Origin: an uncultured Chloroflexia bacterium
GTDB taxonomy: Bacteria > Chloroflexota > Limnocylindria > Limnocylindrales > CSP1-4
Reading direction: 5' to 3'
NCBI GenBank assembly: GCA_963819655.1
Contig: CAWFXA010000002.1
Coordinates: 384,001 to 448,000 of the forward strand
DNA: 64,000 nt
A program made the position numbers and the translations under genes. Each line of letters begins with the position of its first letter. Positions within the stretch are counted from its first letter, which is position 1. Under the pieces are notes generated by a model. That model did no database searches and was not told the origin of the DNA. It saw only the letters and a program-made list of their open reading frames with translations. Of this stretch, positions 9,303 to 18,731 are shown piece after piece.

Positions 9303-10773
9303 GGCGATCGCCGGATCGGGGCTGATCCGGATCCACCCCTCGCCCGGTGGCCCCGTCGCGGCACTGCGCGGCCTGGACCTGCACGTCGAGGTCGGTGAGG
9401 TCGCGGCGGTCCTCGGTCCGTCCGGCTCCGGCAAGTCGACCTTGCTGCGCCTGGTCGCCGGTCTCGATCGGCCGTCGGCGGGACGGTTGACCGTGCTCGG
9501 TCGTGAGCTGACCGACGCCAGCGACGCCGAGCTCGACGAGCACCGACGTCTCCGGGTCGGGGTGGTCGAACAGCATTACCGGCGGGCGTTGTCGCCATAC
9601 GTGCCGGCGGCCGAGGCCATCGGGCTGCCGCTGGCGCTGCGCGGCGTGCCCGACGCGGAGCGCAACGCCCGCGTGCGCGAGCTCCTGGAGCGGGTGGGTC
9701 TGGCCGACCGGGCCACTGCGTATCACCACGAGCTGTCCGGGGGTGAGCAACAGCGGATCGCGTTCGCGGTCGCACTAGCGCCGCGACCGGCATTGCTGCT
9801 CGCCGACGAGCCGACCGGGGAGCTCGACGGGGCGACCGCCGAGACGATCCTCGGGGCATTGCGCGACCTCGTGAGAGCCGAGGGCACGACGTGCCTCATC
9901 GTCACCCACGACGAGCTCGTCGAGCGGGTCGCCGATCGGGTCATCCACCTCGCCGACGGACGAGCCGTCGCAGAACGCCGTGGCCGCCCGGGGACGGAGG
10001 CTCGGCCGGTGCGCGATGAGCAGGGCTGGCTCGCGCCGCCGCTGCCGGAGCCGAGCACACCGGTCGCACCCGCGGTCCGGCCCGAGCTCGACGCCGATGC
10101 CGTGGTGCTCGATATGGTGGAGCGGCGCTACGGGACGGATGCGGTCGGATCCGTGGGCCTGCCGCCGACCACGGCCGCCTTCCGGCGGGGCGGGTTCCAC
10201 GTCGTCACCGGTCCGTCGGGGAGCGGCAAGACCACGCTCCTCCGGCTCGTGGCGGGCCTCGACCGCCCGACCGACGGTCGCGTCGTCACCCTGGGCACCG
10301 ACCTGGCCGAGCTCGATCGCGACGCGCTGGCCCGGTTTCGCGCGGCGCGGATCGGCATCGTCGACCAACTCCGCGACCTCGTGCCGTTCCTGACGGCACG
10401 CGAGAACGTCGAGCTCGGCCTCGCCATCCGCGGCTTTGCACCCGGGGACGCTCGCCAGCGAGCCACCGCCGCTCTCGCGGGCGTCGGTCTGAGCGATCAC
10501 CTCGAGCGCGCCCCTGACGGGCTGTCCGCCGGCGAGAGACTGCGGGTGGCGCTCGCCCGCGCGCTGGCTGCCGATCCGGAGCTGCTGATCCTCGACGAGC
10601 CGACCGCGGCCCTGGATCGGGCCGGTGCGCGGGCGGTGGCCCGGCTCCTGGCCGGCCTCGACGGGCAGGTCACGATCCTTGCGACCACTCACGACCCGGC
10701 CCTCATCGAGGCGGCGAGTGACCGGCTGGACCTCGTCGCGACGATCGCCGCGAGCGCCGCGCCGGCGAGCTGA
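9289..10773 (+). CDS. ABC ATP-binding protein with two tandem LolD/MacB-like NBDs
   Basis: GPSGSGKST...LSGGEQQR...LLADEPTG and GPSGSGKTT...LSAGERLR...LILDEPT; start could be 9289 or 9295. Confidence 0.85.
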   Translation: MSMAEAIAGSGLIRIHPSPGGPVAALRGLDLHVEVGEVAAVLGPSGSGKSTLLRLVAGLDRPSAGRLTVLGRELTDASDAELDEHRRLRVGVVEQHYRRALSPYVPAAEAIGLPLALRGVPDAERNARVRELLERVGLADRATAYHHELSGGEQQRIAFAVALAPRPALLLADEPTGELDGATAETILGALRDLVRAEGTTCLIVTHDELVERVADRVIHLADGRAVAERRGRPGTEARPVRDEQGWLAPPLPEPSTPVAPAVRPELDADAVVLDMVERRYGTDAVGSVGLPPTTAAFRRGGFHVVTGPSGSGKTTLLRLVAGLDRPTDGRVVTLGTDLAELDRDALARFRAARIGIVDQLRDLVPFLTARENVELGLAIRGFAPGDARQRATAALAGVGLSDHLERAPDGLSAGERLRVALARALAADPELLILDEPTAALDRAGARAVARLLAGLDGQVTILATTHDPALIEAASDRLDLVATIAASAAPAS

Positions 10774-10801
10774 CCTGCGACGTCGCGCGCGCCGCGCCCG
10801 C

Positions 10802-11245
10802 TCAGCGGTAATGCGGCTCGCGCGTCATGCGAAAGACGGCACGCGCCAGGATCCCGAGACCGAGCGCCGTCAACCACAGGCCCGGCCCGCTGGTGAAGAC
10901 CTCTGCCGGCTCCGTGAACCGGAACGCCCCGAGACCGAGCAGCTCGAACACCCGCCAGCCGAGACCGATCCAGCCAACGATCGCCAGCAGGGCGTACGCC
11001 TCCCAACGATCGATCGGGGTCGGCCGGTCGCCGACGGCGTAGGGCAACACGACAAGCAGGAGGGTCGCGACGCCCGACAGCAAGGCCAGGATCCCGCTGC
11101 CCTCCAGCCCGTTGCCCTGGAGAGGTGGCAGGCCGCCGGGCGTGGCCAGCTGCCACCACGGCAGCACGCAACCCACCAGGATCACGACAGCGCCGACCGC
11201 GGCAAGGGTCCGGCCCCCGCCCAATGGCCGCCGGTGCATGGTCAC
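10802..11245 (-). CDS. Small integral membrane protein (4 TM)
   Basis: Hydrophobic helices, 'LPWW' and 'GPGLWL' motifs; 4-nt overlap with the hpt stop. Confidence 0.7.
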   Translation of the reverse strand: MTMHRRPLGGGRTLAAVGAVVILVGCVLPWWQLATPGGLPPLQGNGLEGSGILALLSGVATLLLVVLPYAVGDRPTPIDRWEAYALLAIVGWIGLGWRVFELLGLGAFRFTEPAEVFTSGPGLWLTALGLGILARAVFRMTREPHYR

Positions 11246-11835
11246 GCCTTGACGGCCTCTTCCTGCTCCGCGCCCGCGCCATAGACCTCGGGCTTGAGCA
11301 CACCGACGAACCGCAGGTTCCGGTAGATCTCCCCGTAATCGAGACCGTAGCCGATCACGAACTGGTCGGGGATCTGGAATCCGATGTAGTCGACCGGGAT
11401 CTCGACGAGCCGACGGGCCGGCTTGTCGAGAAGGGTGCAGATGTGGAGCGTCCGCGGGTTCTTGCCGCGCAGGTAGCGGATCAGGTAGTTCAGGGTCAGG
11501 CCCGTGTCGATGATGTCCTCGACGATCAGGACGTCCTCGCCTTCGATGCTGGCGGACAGGTCCTTGAGGATCCGGACGAGACCCGACGATTCGGTCGTGC
11601 TGCCACCGTACGAGCTGACCTCCATGAGGTCGATACGGAGCGGCAGCTCGATGGCCCGCATCAGGTCGGCCATGAACGGCAGCGACCCCTTGAGCACCGA
11701 GACCAGGGTCAGCGTCCGGCCGGCGTAGTCGGCCGTGATACGCGCGCCCAGCTCGGCGACGCGCTCGGCGATCTGGGTCTCGGTGAGCAGGATGTCCGCG
11801 ACGTCATCGCGGAGATCCACGGCGCGGGCGGTCAT
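11242..11835 (-). CDS. hpt: Hypoxanthine phosphoribosyltransferase
   Basis: VLKGSLPFMADL, VSSYG, VLIVEDIIDTGLTL PRPP motif, FVIGYGLDY, YRNL. Confidence 0.97.
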   Translation of the reverse strand: MTARAVDLRDDVADILLTETQIAERVAELGARITADYAGRTLTLVSVLKGSLPFMADLMRAIELPLRIDLMEVSSYGGSTTESSGLVRILKDLSASIEGEDVLIVEDIIDTGLTLNYLIRYLRGKNPRTLHICTLLDKPARRLVEIPVDYIGFQIPDQFVIGYGLDYGEIYRNLRFVGVLKPEVYGAGAEQEEAVKA

Positions 11836-12341
11836 CGACCGGTCGTCTCAGGCTCGACGGCGGCGGCGTGACGGACGCGCCGACGGCCGGTCCCGAGCAG
11901 GCTCGCGGCCAGCGGTGTGGCCAGCGGGGTATGCGCGACCGGCTCGAGGGCGACGTCGTCCGTGAAGGCGTGGGGCAGGGCCACCTGGCCGGAGGTTCCG
12001 GACAAGCCGTCGACCAGGGCGTGCTTGCCGTACTTGAGCATCAACGCCCGGAAATCGCGCGCGTAAAAGAGCTTGACGTTGACCGACGGATACAGCTCAC
12101 GGAGCCGCCGCAGCTTGCGGTTCTTCTTCCGCACGAGCTTCTGCCGGAGTGTCGTCATCTCGAGGTAGCAATCGAGGTCGGGCAGGTAGAAGTCGGGCGA
12201 GAAGCTCTCGACGACCGCGCCATCGAGGTTCCAGAGGATCGGGAAGGTGTGGGGTTCGTACTCCCAGCGGACCGCATAGAAATCGAGGATGCGTGCCATC
12301 TCCGCTTCGCTGGCGTGTGCGAATGGCGTGCGGGAGTCCAT
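11832..12341 (-). CDS. Hypothetical PD-(D/E)XK nuclease-like protein, coupled to hpt
   Basis: SEAEMARILD...WEYEP...FSPDFYLPDLDCYLEMTT; ATG at 12341 with TAGACT -10 box 8 nt upstream. Confidence 0.7.
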   Translation of the reverse strand: MDSRTPFAHASEAEMARILDFYAVRWEYEPHTFPILWNLDGAVVESFSPDFYLPDLDCYLEMTTLRQKLVRKKNRKLRRLRELYPSVNVKLFYARDFRALMLKYGKHALVDGLSGTSGQVALPHAFTDDVALEPVAHTPLATPLAASLLGTGRRRVRHAAAVEPETTGR

Positions 12342-12411
12342 CGGCCACCAGTCTACCCGAGCGACCCTCCACCCCGTATCCACGGCCCCCGCCGGCCGCC
12401 GACCCGGCGCG

Positions 12412-12440
12412 TTGCCAGAGATACCCCCTGGGGGTATGAT
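12412..12440 (+). promoter_or_regulatory. csoR promoter with CsoR operator
   Basis: TTGCCA-N17-TATGAT; perfect 8-1-8 palindrome ATACCCCC-T-GGGGGTAT (12421-12437) typical of CsoR operators, overlapping the -10. Confidence 0.85.
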
Positions 12441-12446
12441 GCGCCC

Positions 12447-12800
12447 ATGGCCACCAGCACCTCGCGCCGCGCTGCGCCGCCGGACCCGAGTCATTTCCGG
12501 CACAGCTATTCGAAGGACACCGCCCAGCTGATGCGTCGCCTGTCGCGGATGGAGGGCCAGGTCCGCGGGATCGCCCGGATGATCGAGCGCGAGGAGTACT
12601 GCGTCGACATCCTCCAGCAGACCGCTGCCCTGCGCGCGGCAGTGGATGCCCTGTCGATCCTCGTCCTCGAGGACCACGTCCAGGGCTGCGTCCGCACCGC
12701 CGCGGAGCGCGGCGAAGCCGACCAGTACGTTGACGAGGTGATCGACGTGGTGCGCCGGACGCTCGGCCGGCCGGTGCGCAGCCCCACCCGCACGTCGTAA
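12447..12800 (+). CDS. csoR: CsoR/RcnR family metal-sensing repressor
   Basis: RLSRMEGQVRGIARMIE..YCVDILQQ...HVQGC (Cys-His-Cys Cu(I) ligands). Confidence 0.92.
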   Translation: MATSTSRRAAPPDPSHFRHSYSKDTAQLMRRLSRMEGQVRGIARMIEREEYCVDILQQTAALRAAVDALSILVLEDHVQGCVRTAAERGEADQYVDEVIDVVRRTLGRPVRSPTRTS

Positions 12801-12882
12801 CAGGGGCGGTACCTTCGGCGCCATCCCGCGCCCGCTCGGGTGATGTCGCGTGGACGCACCGCCGAGGGACCATCGGATCCGC

Positions 12883-14370
12883 ATGACCGACCCGGATCGG
12901 ATCCCCGCGTCCGCGATCCCGGCCGCCGCGCCGAGCATCGCGCCACCGCCGCCGTTCGCTGAACGCAGGCGGCGATCCCGCCGTGCCGCCGACCAGATCG
13001 CCGACGAAGAGACCCGACTGCTCGCGATGGCCCTGGACGTGCTCGCCTCGGATCGCTCGGCAGAGGCGCGTCTGGCGGACCTGCTCGACCTCCTCGCTGA
13101 CACCGTCGGCGCGACCCGGGCGGCCGTCGTCACGGACGCGGAGCCACGCCGCGTGGCGGTGGCGGCTTCGGGCGACGACGACAGACCCCACGCCGTGGAC
13201 CTTGCGACTTGGCTCGACGCTGCGGCGCCGCGCACCCGTGCCCAGCGTGCCGCCGCCCGCCCGGCCGACGTCGTGATCGCCTCCCGCGGCGACGGTCGTG
13301 CCGGCGGTCGCCGTCGCTCGACGCCGGCAGCCCCGTGTTACGCCTGGCTTCCGATCCCCGCTGCCGGGAACGTCACGCTCGGTTTCGCTTTCGCGAAATC
13401 CGCCGAAGCCGCCGGCCTCGGCGAACGTCTGCCGCCGGCCCTCGCCCGACACGCGGCCGTGGCGCTCGCGCTGGTGACCGAGTCGATGAGCACCGAGCGA
13501 GAGCTCGCGGCGTTGCATGCCCGCGAGGTCGAGCGCGTCAAGTACGTCTCGACCGTGGCGCACGAGCTGCGCACGCCGCTGACGGGGCTGTCGGGCTATC
13601 TCGACCTGATCCTCGACGGGCACGTCGATGACGAGGCGATCCAGCGCGAGTTCCTCGAGCGCGGGCGGTCGATCGCCGGGTCCATGACGGCGCTGATCGG
13701 CGACCTGCTCGAGCTGTCTCGGCTGGAGTCCGGTTCGCTCCAGCTCGACGTCGAGCCGTTCTCGGTCGCGGACATGCTGCACGCCGTCGGCGCGGCCCTC
13801 CTGCCGATCGCCATGGAGCGCGATGTGCCGCTCATCACCACCCCGCCGACGCGGATCCGGACAGCGACGGGCGACCGGCGGCGCGTCGAGCAGATCGTGA
13901 CGAACCTTGCGGCGAATGCCCTCAAGTTCGGCGCGGAGGGCGCCGAGGTCGAGCTGACGGGCCGGTTCGAGGGAGCCGCGGCGGTGATCGTGGTCCGCGA
14001 CGAGGGGCCGGGCATCGGCGCCGAGGATCGCGCGCGGATCTTCGACCGCTTCTACCGGATGGCCGACCACGAGCGGGTCACGGGGACCGGACTCGGGCTG
14101 TCGATCTCGCGCGATCTCGCGCGGATGATGGGCGGCGATCTCGACGTGGCGAGCCTCCTTGGCACTGGCTCGGCGTTCACCCTGGTGCTGCCCGGCCCGA
14201 GCACGCCCGTCGATCCGGACGCGATCGCCGCGGCGACGGCAGCCGCGGTCGATGATGAGACCGATCGACTGGAGGCCCTGGCCGCTGTCCGCGCCGCCGG
14301 GTCGCGCGCCTCGACCGCCCGACGATCGGCGTCGGTGTCGCGCGGTGCGGTCCCGGCCGTCCTCCGCTAA
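12883..14370 (+). CDS. Cytoplasmic sensor histidine kinase (HisKA + HATPase)
   Basis: HELRTPL H-box, NLAANALKF N-box, DEGPGI G1, GTGLGL G2; start uncertain (12850 or 12883). Confidence 0.9.
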   Translation: MTDPDRIPASAIPAAAPSIAPPPPFAERRRRSRRAADQIADEETRLLAMALDVLASDRSAEARLADLLDLLADTVGATRAAVVTDAEPRRVAVAASGDDDRPHAVDLATWLDAAAPRTRAQRAAARPADVVIASRGDGRAGGRRRSTPAAPCYAWLPIPAAGNVTLGFAFAKSAEAAGLGERLPPALARHAAVALALVTESMSTERELAALHAREVERVKYVSTVAHELRTPLTGLSGYLDLILDGHVDDEAIQREFLERGRSIAGSMTALIGDLLELSRLESGSLQLDVEPFSVADMLHAVGAALLPIAMERDVPLITTPPTRIRTATGDRRRVEQIVTNLAANALKFGAEGAEVELTGRFEGAAAVIVVRDEGPGIGAEDRARIFDRFYRMADHERVTGTGLGLSISRDLARMMGGDLDVASLLGTGSAFTLVLPGPSTPVDPDAIAAATAAAVDDETDRLEALAAVRAAGSRASTARRSASVSRGAVPAVLR

Positions 14371-14434
14371 GAGGCCCCCTCGCGCGACTTATCCACCAAA
14401 CCCGGCGGCGTCGGGGACTTCGTGGACAACAGGG

Positions 14435-14464
14435 TTGACGGTCCCCGGTCCCGGCTCGTACGGT
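14435..14464 (+). promoter_or_regulatory. Putative promoter upstream of structured leader and rsmG
   Basis: TTGACG-N18-TACGGT; DnaA-box-like TTATCCACC (14389-14397) and TTGTCCACG (minus strand, 14421-14429) just upstream. Confidence 0.45.
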
Positions 14465-14468
14465 CCTA

Positions 14469-14580
14469 TCCCGCACTGGGGCGACGCGAGGGTAACGCGG
14501 TCCACGAGGGGCTCGGGGAAACCCGGCCACGAACCGGATGGATCGCGGAAGACCGGACGATCATCGCCGTCGGTGCGAGA
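14469..14580 (+). ncRNA. Candidate structured RNA (rod with central bubble, 6S-like shape)
   Basis: Hand-folded: 14469-14484 pairs with 14564-14580; 14496-14504 with 14539-14547; apical GGG-GAAA-CCC. Confidence 0.3.
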
Positions 14581-14639
14581 AGAGTCGACGCCGGGAGCGG
14601 TGCCGCGCTGCGGGGTACGCAGGCCAAGGAGGCGTACCG

Positions 14640-15419
14640 TTGGATCGCAGGCGCGAGCCGCTCCCGACGCGCGTCCGTGACACCCCGGAGCTCCCCGCCG
14701 CGTATGACGCCGCCCTGCGGTCCGGCCTCGAGGACCTCGGTCTCGAGCTTCCGGAGCCAGCCCGCGCCGCGATCGACGGGCACATCCGCCTGCTCCTCGC
14801 CTGGACGCCGTCCATCAACCTCACGGCGATCAGGGATCCGGCGGCGGTCGCGCTCGGCCACGTCGTCGACAGCCTGACCGCCCTGACCTGGCTACGCGAT
14901 CAGGCCACCGCCCGGCTCCTCGATCTCGGATCCGGTGGCGGCTTCCCGGGCATTCCGCTGGCCGCCGCACAGCCGACCCTGGCCGTCACGCTCCTTGAGC
15001 CGGTCACGAAGAAGGCCCGCTTCCTCGAGACGGTCGCCGAGGCGTCGGACCTCGCCGGGCGGGTCGATGTGATCGCCGCCCGCGCGGAGGACTTGGCCCG
15101 CCACCCCGATCAGCGTGGTCGCTGGCCGGTCGTCACGGCGCGGGGTGTCGCCGCGGGGGCGGACCTCGTCGAGCTGGCGTTCCCATTGTTGGCGCCGGGG
15201 GGATCACTGATCGCCTGGAAGCGCGGCGACCTGGCGGCCGAGCTGGCCGCCGCTCACCGCGCGATCGAGGCGCTCGGCGGCGGGTCCATCGAGGTGCTGG
15301 ATGTCCGCGTCGGCGGGCTCCGCGACCATCGCCTCGTCATGGCGACGCGCGCCTCCGCCGGGCGTGTCCCGGATCGGTACCCGCGCGACCCCGCCGCGCG
15401 ACGCCGACAGCCGTGGTGA
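14640..15419 (+). CDS. rsmG: 16S rRNA m7G527 methyltransferase RsmG (GidB)
   Basis: INLTAIRD, HVVDSL, LDLGSGGGFPGIPLA, KKARFL, RAED; AAGGAGG RBS before TTG. Confidence 0.95.
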   Translation: MDRRREPLPTRVRDTPELPAAYDAALRSGLEDLGLELPEPARAAIDGHIRLLLAWTPSINLTAIRDPAAVALGHVVDSLTALTWLRDQATARLLDLGSGGGFPGIPLAAAQPTLAVTLLEPVTKKARFLETVAEASDLAGRVDVIAARAEDLARHPDQRGRWPVVTARGVAAGADLVELAFPLLAPGGSLIAWKRGDLAAELAAAHRAIEALGGGSIEVLDVRVGGLRDHRLVMATRASAGRVPDRYPRDPAARRRQPW

Positions 15420-15458
15420 GCGCAACCCGTCCGCCAGCCACTGCTACCCTCTTCGCCG

Positions 15459-16181
15459 ATGCGCATCGCCGTCCTGTCGGACATCCACAGCAATATCGTG
15501 GCGCTCGATGCGGTCCTCCTCCACGCCGCTGACGTCGACGCGATCTGGCACCTCGGCGACGTCGTGGGCTATGGCCCGGAGCCCGATGCGGTGGTGGCGC
15601 GCCTGAGCGAGCGCAAGGCGACCGGTGTCCGCGGCAACCACGATGCCGCAGCGATCGGTGGGCCCGAGATCGACTGGTTCAACCCCGAGGCGCGCGCCGC
15701 CGCGGAATGGACCAGGGACACGATGTCGTCGACCGGTCGTGCGTGGCTGGCCGACCTGCCCGAGCGGCTGACGATCGGCGACATGACGCTGGTCCACGGC
15801 AGCCCACGCGACCCGCTCCGCGAGTACATCACCGACAGCGAGGTGGCGGCGGCCAATCTGGAGGTGCTGGGGACCCCGCATGGCCTGCACGGCCATACCC
15901 ACGTGCCGGTCGCCTGGAGCGCGACGCCGGATGGGGTCGCGCTCGTTCAAGTCCGGGACAAGACGGCCCTCGAGCTCGGGGCGCCTCGAACGCTGCTCAA
16001 CCCGGGCAGCGTCGGTCAGCCGCGCGATGGCGACCCGCGGGCGGCCTATCTCGTGCTGGACCTCGACGTCGGACGCGTGACCTGGCACCGCGTCGCGTAC
16101 GACATCGCGACCGTCCAGGCGGGCATCCGCGCCGCCGGTCTGCCGGTGCGGCTCGCGGCACGTCTGGCGATCGGCGCATGA
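15459..16181 (+). CDS. Calcineurin-like metallophosphoesterase
   Basis: SDIHSN, GDVVGYG, GNHD, HGSPR, HGHTH, NPGSVGQPRDGD. Confidence 0.92.
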   Translation: MRIAVLSDIHSNIVALDAVLLHAADVDAIWHLGDVVGYGPEPDAVVARLSERKATGVRGNHDAAAIGGPEIDWFNPEARAAAEWTRDTMSSTGRAWLADLPERLTIGDMTLVHGSPRDPLREYITDSEVAAANLEVLGTPHGLHGHTHVPVAWSATPDGVALVQVRDKTALELGAPRTLLNPGSVGQPRDGDPRAAYLVLDLDVGRVTWHRVAYDIATVQAGIRAAGLPVRLAARLAIGA

Positions 16182-16191
16182 CAGACCGGTC

Positions 16192-18231
16192 ATGATCGGC
16201 GGCCGGCGGCCGCTGCAGGGCCGCAAACCCGGCGACAAGCGGCTCCGCGTCGAGCGGCCCCACGCGCCGTTCTTCCGCTACACGGGCAAGGGCCAGCTCA
16301 CCGCAAAGGAGGCGGCGAGCGTCCCGACCACGCCCGGCGCGCGCCTCATCGCCCGGATCCGCGCTGTGGTGCTCGGGCGGCCGCTCCATCAGGAAGCAGA
16401 GGCCGGCGAGCGCCTGTCCAAGACGAAGGCTCTGGCCATCTTCAGCTCGGATGCGATCTCGTCGTCGGCGTATGCGACAGAGGAGATCATCCTGGCGTTC
16501 ATCCTCGGCGGCGCCGCCCTCGCGGCGCTGTCGTGGTCGCTGCCCGTGGCCATCGCGATCGCGGGTCTCCTCGCCATCGTCGCATTCAGCTACCGCCAGG
16601 TGTGCCTGGCCTACCCCAACGGGGGTGGCTCCTACTCGGTATCGAAGGCGAACTTCGGCCGGCATGCCTCGCTCGTCGCGGCGTCGGCGCTGCTGATCGA
16701 CTACAACCTGACGGCCGCTGTGTCGACGTCGTCGGCGGTCGAGCAGATCGTGTCGGCGTTCCCGGCGGTCAGCGATGTGCGCGTGCTGATCGGCGTGGGC
16801 GCCCTGGCCCTGATCACCCTGGCCAACCTGCGCGGCGTCAGGGAGGCCGGCAACATCTTCGCGGTCCCGACCTATCTCTTCATGTTCAGCGCATTCGCGA
16901 TGATCGCCATCGGGGCGTATCGGATCATCGTGCTGGGCGAACACCACGCACCGCCGCCCGAGGTCATCGCGGCGACCACCGAGACGGCCGGTGCGGTGTC
17001 GATCTTCCTGCTGTTGCGGGCGTTCGCCTCCGGAGCCGTCGCCCTGACCGGGACCGAGGCGATCGCGACCGGGGTGCCAGCATTCAAGCCGCCCGAATCA
17101 CGCAACGCGGCCACCACCCTCGCCGTCATGGCCGGCGTCCTGACGATCCTCTTCGTCGGCATCACCTTCCTGGCCTCGAACTTCGCGATCTATCCGACCG
17201 TCCCGGAGCTGTTCGGCGAGGTCCCACATAAGACCGTCATCGCGCAGGTCGCCGAGACGGTCTTCGGCACCTCGCTCCCGTTCTATCTGTTCCAGGCGTT
17301 CACGGCGCTGCTGCTGTTCCTCGCCGCGAACACCAGCTTCGCCGCCTTTCCGCGACTCGCCGCAGTGCTCGGCGAGGACGGTTTCTTCCCGCGCCAGTTC
17401 AGCCTTCGAGGCGACCGCCTCGCGTTCTCCATGGGCATCCTGCTGCTGGGCCTGATCGCGGCGTCGCTGGTGGTCATCGCCGGCGGGCGGACGCACGCCC
17501 TCATCCCGCTGTACGCGGTCGGCGTGTTCATCGACTTCACGATCAGCCAGGCCGGCATGATCCGGCATTGGCTGCGGACCCGCGATCGTGGCTGGCGCTA
17601 CCGGTTGGCGATCAACGCGGTGGGCTGCGCGGCGACCGCGGTGGTCGCGATCGTCGTGACCAGCGTCAAGTTCCTCGATGGGGCATGGCTCGTCGTGGTG
17701 CTCATCCCGATCCTCGTGAGCATCATGCTGTTCATCCGGCGCGAGTACGACGATCAGGAGCGGGAGCTGCACGTCCGCGAGGACATCGTCGTCGAGGGGC
17801 CGCATCGGGAGCAGCGCGTCGTCATCCCCGTGAACGGCATCAACCGGGCGGTCATCCAGGCGGTGAACTTCGGCCGCACGATGAGCCGGGACGTCCGCGC
17901 CGTGTTCGTGACCGAGGACCCCGAGCACGGCGAGGCGGTCCGCGAGCGGTGGGAGCGGCAGATCCCGGGTGTCCCTCTGGTCATCGTCGAGTCGCCGTAT
18001 CGGGCAGTCATCACGCCCGTCCTCGCCTACCTGGACGTCCTGGACCAGGCTTGGCCCCCGGACAAGGAGGCGCCGATCACGATCGTCGTCCTGCCCGAGT
18101 ACGTCGCGCGTCACTGGTGGGAGCGGCTGCTCTACAACCAGACCGCGAAGCGCCTCAAGGCCGCGATCCTGGGGCGCGAGCACACCGTCATCGCCGACGT
18201 GCCCTACCGCCGCGAGAACCGCGAGAGATGA
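16192..18231 (+). CDS. kimA: KimA/YdaO-like APC/KUP family K+ transporter
   Basis: FSSDAISSSAYATEE, AYPNGGGSY, LTGTEAI, LIPLYAVGVF, cytoplasmic tail ESPYR...LYNQTA. Confidence 0.88.
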   Translation: MIGGRRPLQGRKPGDKRLRVERPHAPFFRYTGKGQLTAKEAASVPTTPGARLIARIRAVVLGRPLHQEAEAGERLSKTKALAIFSSDAISSSAYATEEIILAFILGGAALAALSWSLPVAIAIAGLLAIVAFSYRQVCLAYPNGGGSYSVSKANFGRHASLVAASALLIDYNLTAAVSTSSAVEQIVSAFPAVSDVRVLIGVGALALITLANLRGVREAGNIFAVPTYLFMFSAFAMIAIGAYRIIVLGEHHAPPPEVIAATTETAGAVSIFLLLRAFASGAVALTGTEAIATGVPAFKPPESRNAATTLAVMAGVLTILFVGITFLASNFAIYPTVPELFGEVPHKTVIAQVAETVFGTSLPFYLFQAFTALLLFLAANTSFAAFPRLAAVLGEDGFFPRQFSLRGDRLAFSMGILLLGLIAASLVVIAGGRTHALIPLYAVGVFIDFTISQAGMIRHWLRTRDRGWRYRLAINAVGCAATAVVAIVVTSVKFLDGAWLVVVLIPILVSIMLFIRREYDDQERELHVREDIVVEGPHREQRVVIPVNGINRAVIQAVNFGRTMSRDVRAVFVTEDPEHGEAVRERWERQIPGVPLVIVESPYRAVITPVLAYLDVLDQAWPPDKEAPITIVVLPEYVARHWWERLLYNQTAKRLKAAILGREHTVIADVPYRRENRER

Positions 18232-18272
18232 CGCGCCGGGCATGAGCCGGCTCGGTGGTATCGTGGCCGTGC

Positions 18273-18731
18273 ATGCCGGAGATCGACAAAGAACCATTCC
18301 ACCGCGCCGTGGTGGCCCTCAATGGTGGCCCGAGCGACGCACGGATCGTCCGGCTGGTGGCAAGCCTGGCTGCGAAGACCAAGGCTGAGCTGATCGCCGT
18401 GCATGTCGTCGAGATCGACTGGACACTGCCGCTCGATGCCGACATCGCCGGCCGCTCCGAGGACGTCCAACGCGTGCTGGATTCCGCCGAAACGATCGCC
18501 GAGGGCTTCAAGCTCAAGATGGAGCCAGTCCTGCTCCAGGCGCGTGACGTCGCCGCTGCGATCGTCGATGAGGCGACCGAGCGTGGGGCTGATCTGCTGG
18601 TCGTCGGCCTGCCATATCGGAAGAGATTCGGTGGGGAGTTCGCGATCGGCCGGACCATCCCGTACATCCTGCAGAACGCGCCGTGCACCGTCTGGGTCGT
18701 GCGCGAGCCGATGAGTGAGGAACCATCGTGA
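18273..18731 (+). CDS. Universal stress protein (USP)
   Basis: VHVVE...AAAIVDEA...ADLLVVG...ILQNAPCTVWVVR. Confidence 0.85.
   Translation: MPEIDKEPFHRAVVALNGGPSDARIVRLVASLAAKTKAELIAVHVVEIDWTLPLDADIAGRSEDVQRVLDSAETIAEGFKLKMEPVLLQARDVAAAIVDEATERGADLLVVGLPYRKRFGGEFAIGRTIPYILQNAPCTVWVVREPMSEEPS

Noticed and set aside
14371-16191. c-di-AMP riboswitch ahead of kimA
   Set aside because: Conserved GAATC/GGAACC/CCGTCAGCTAAC elements not found.
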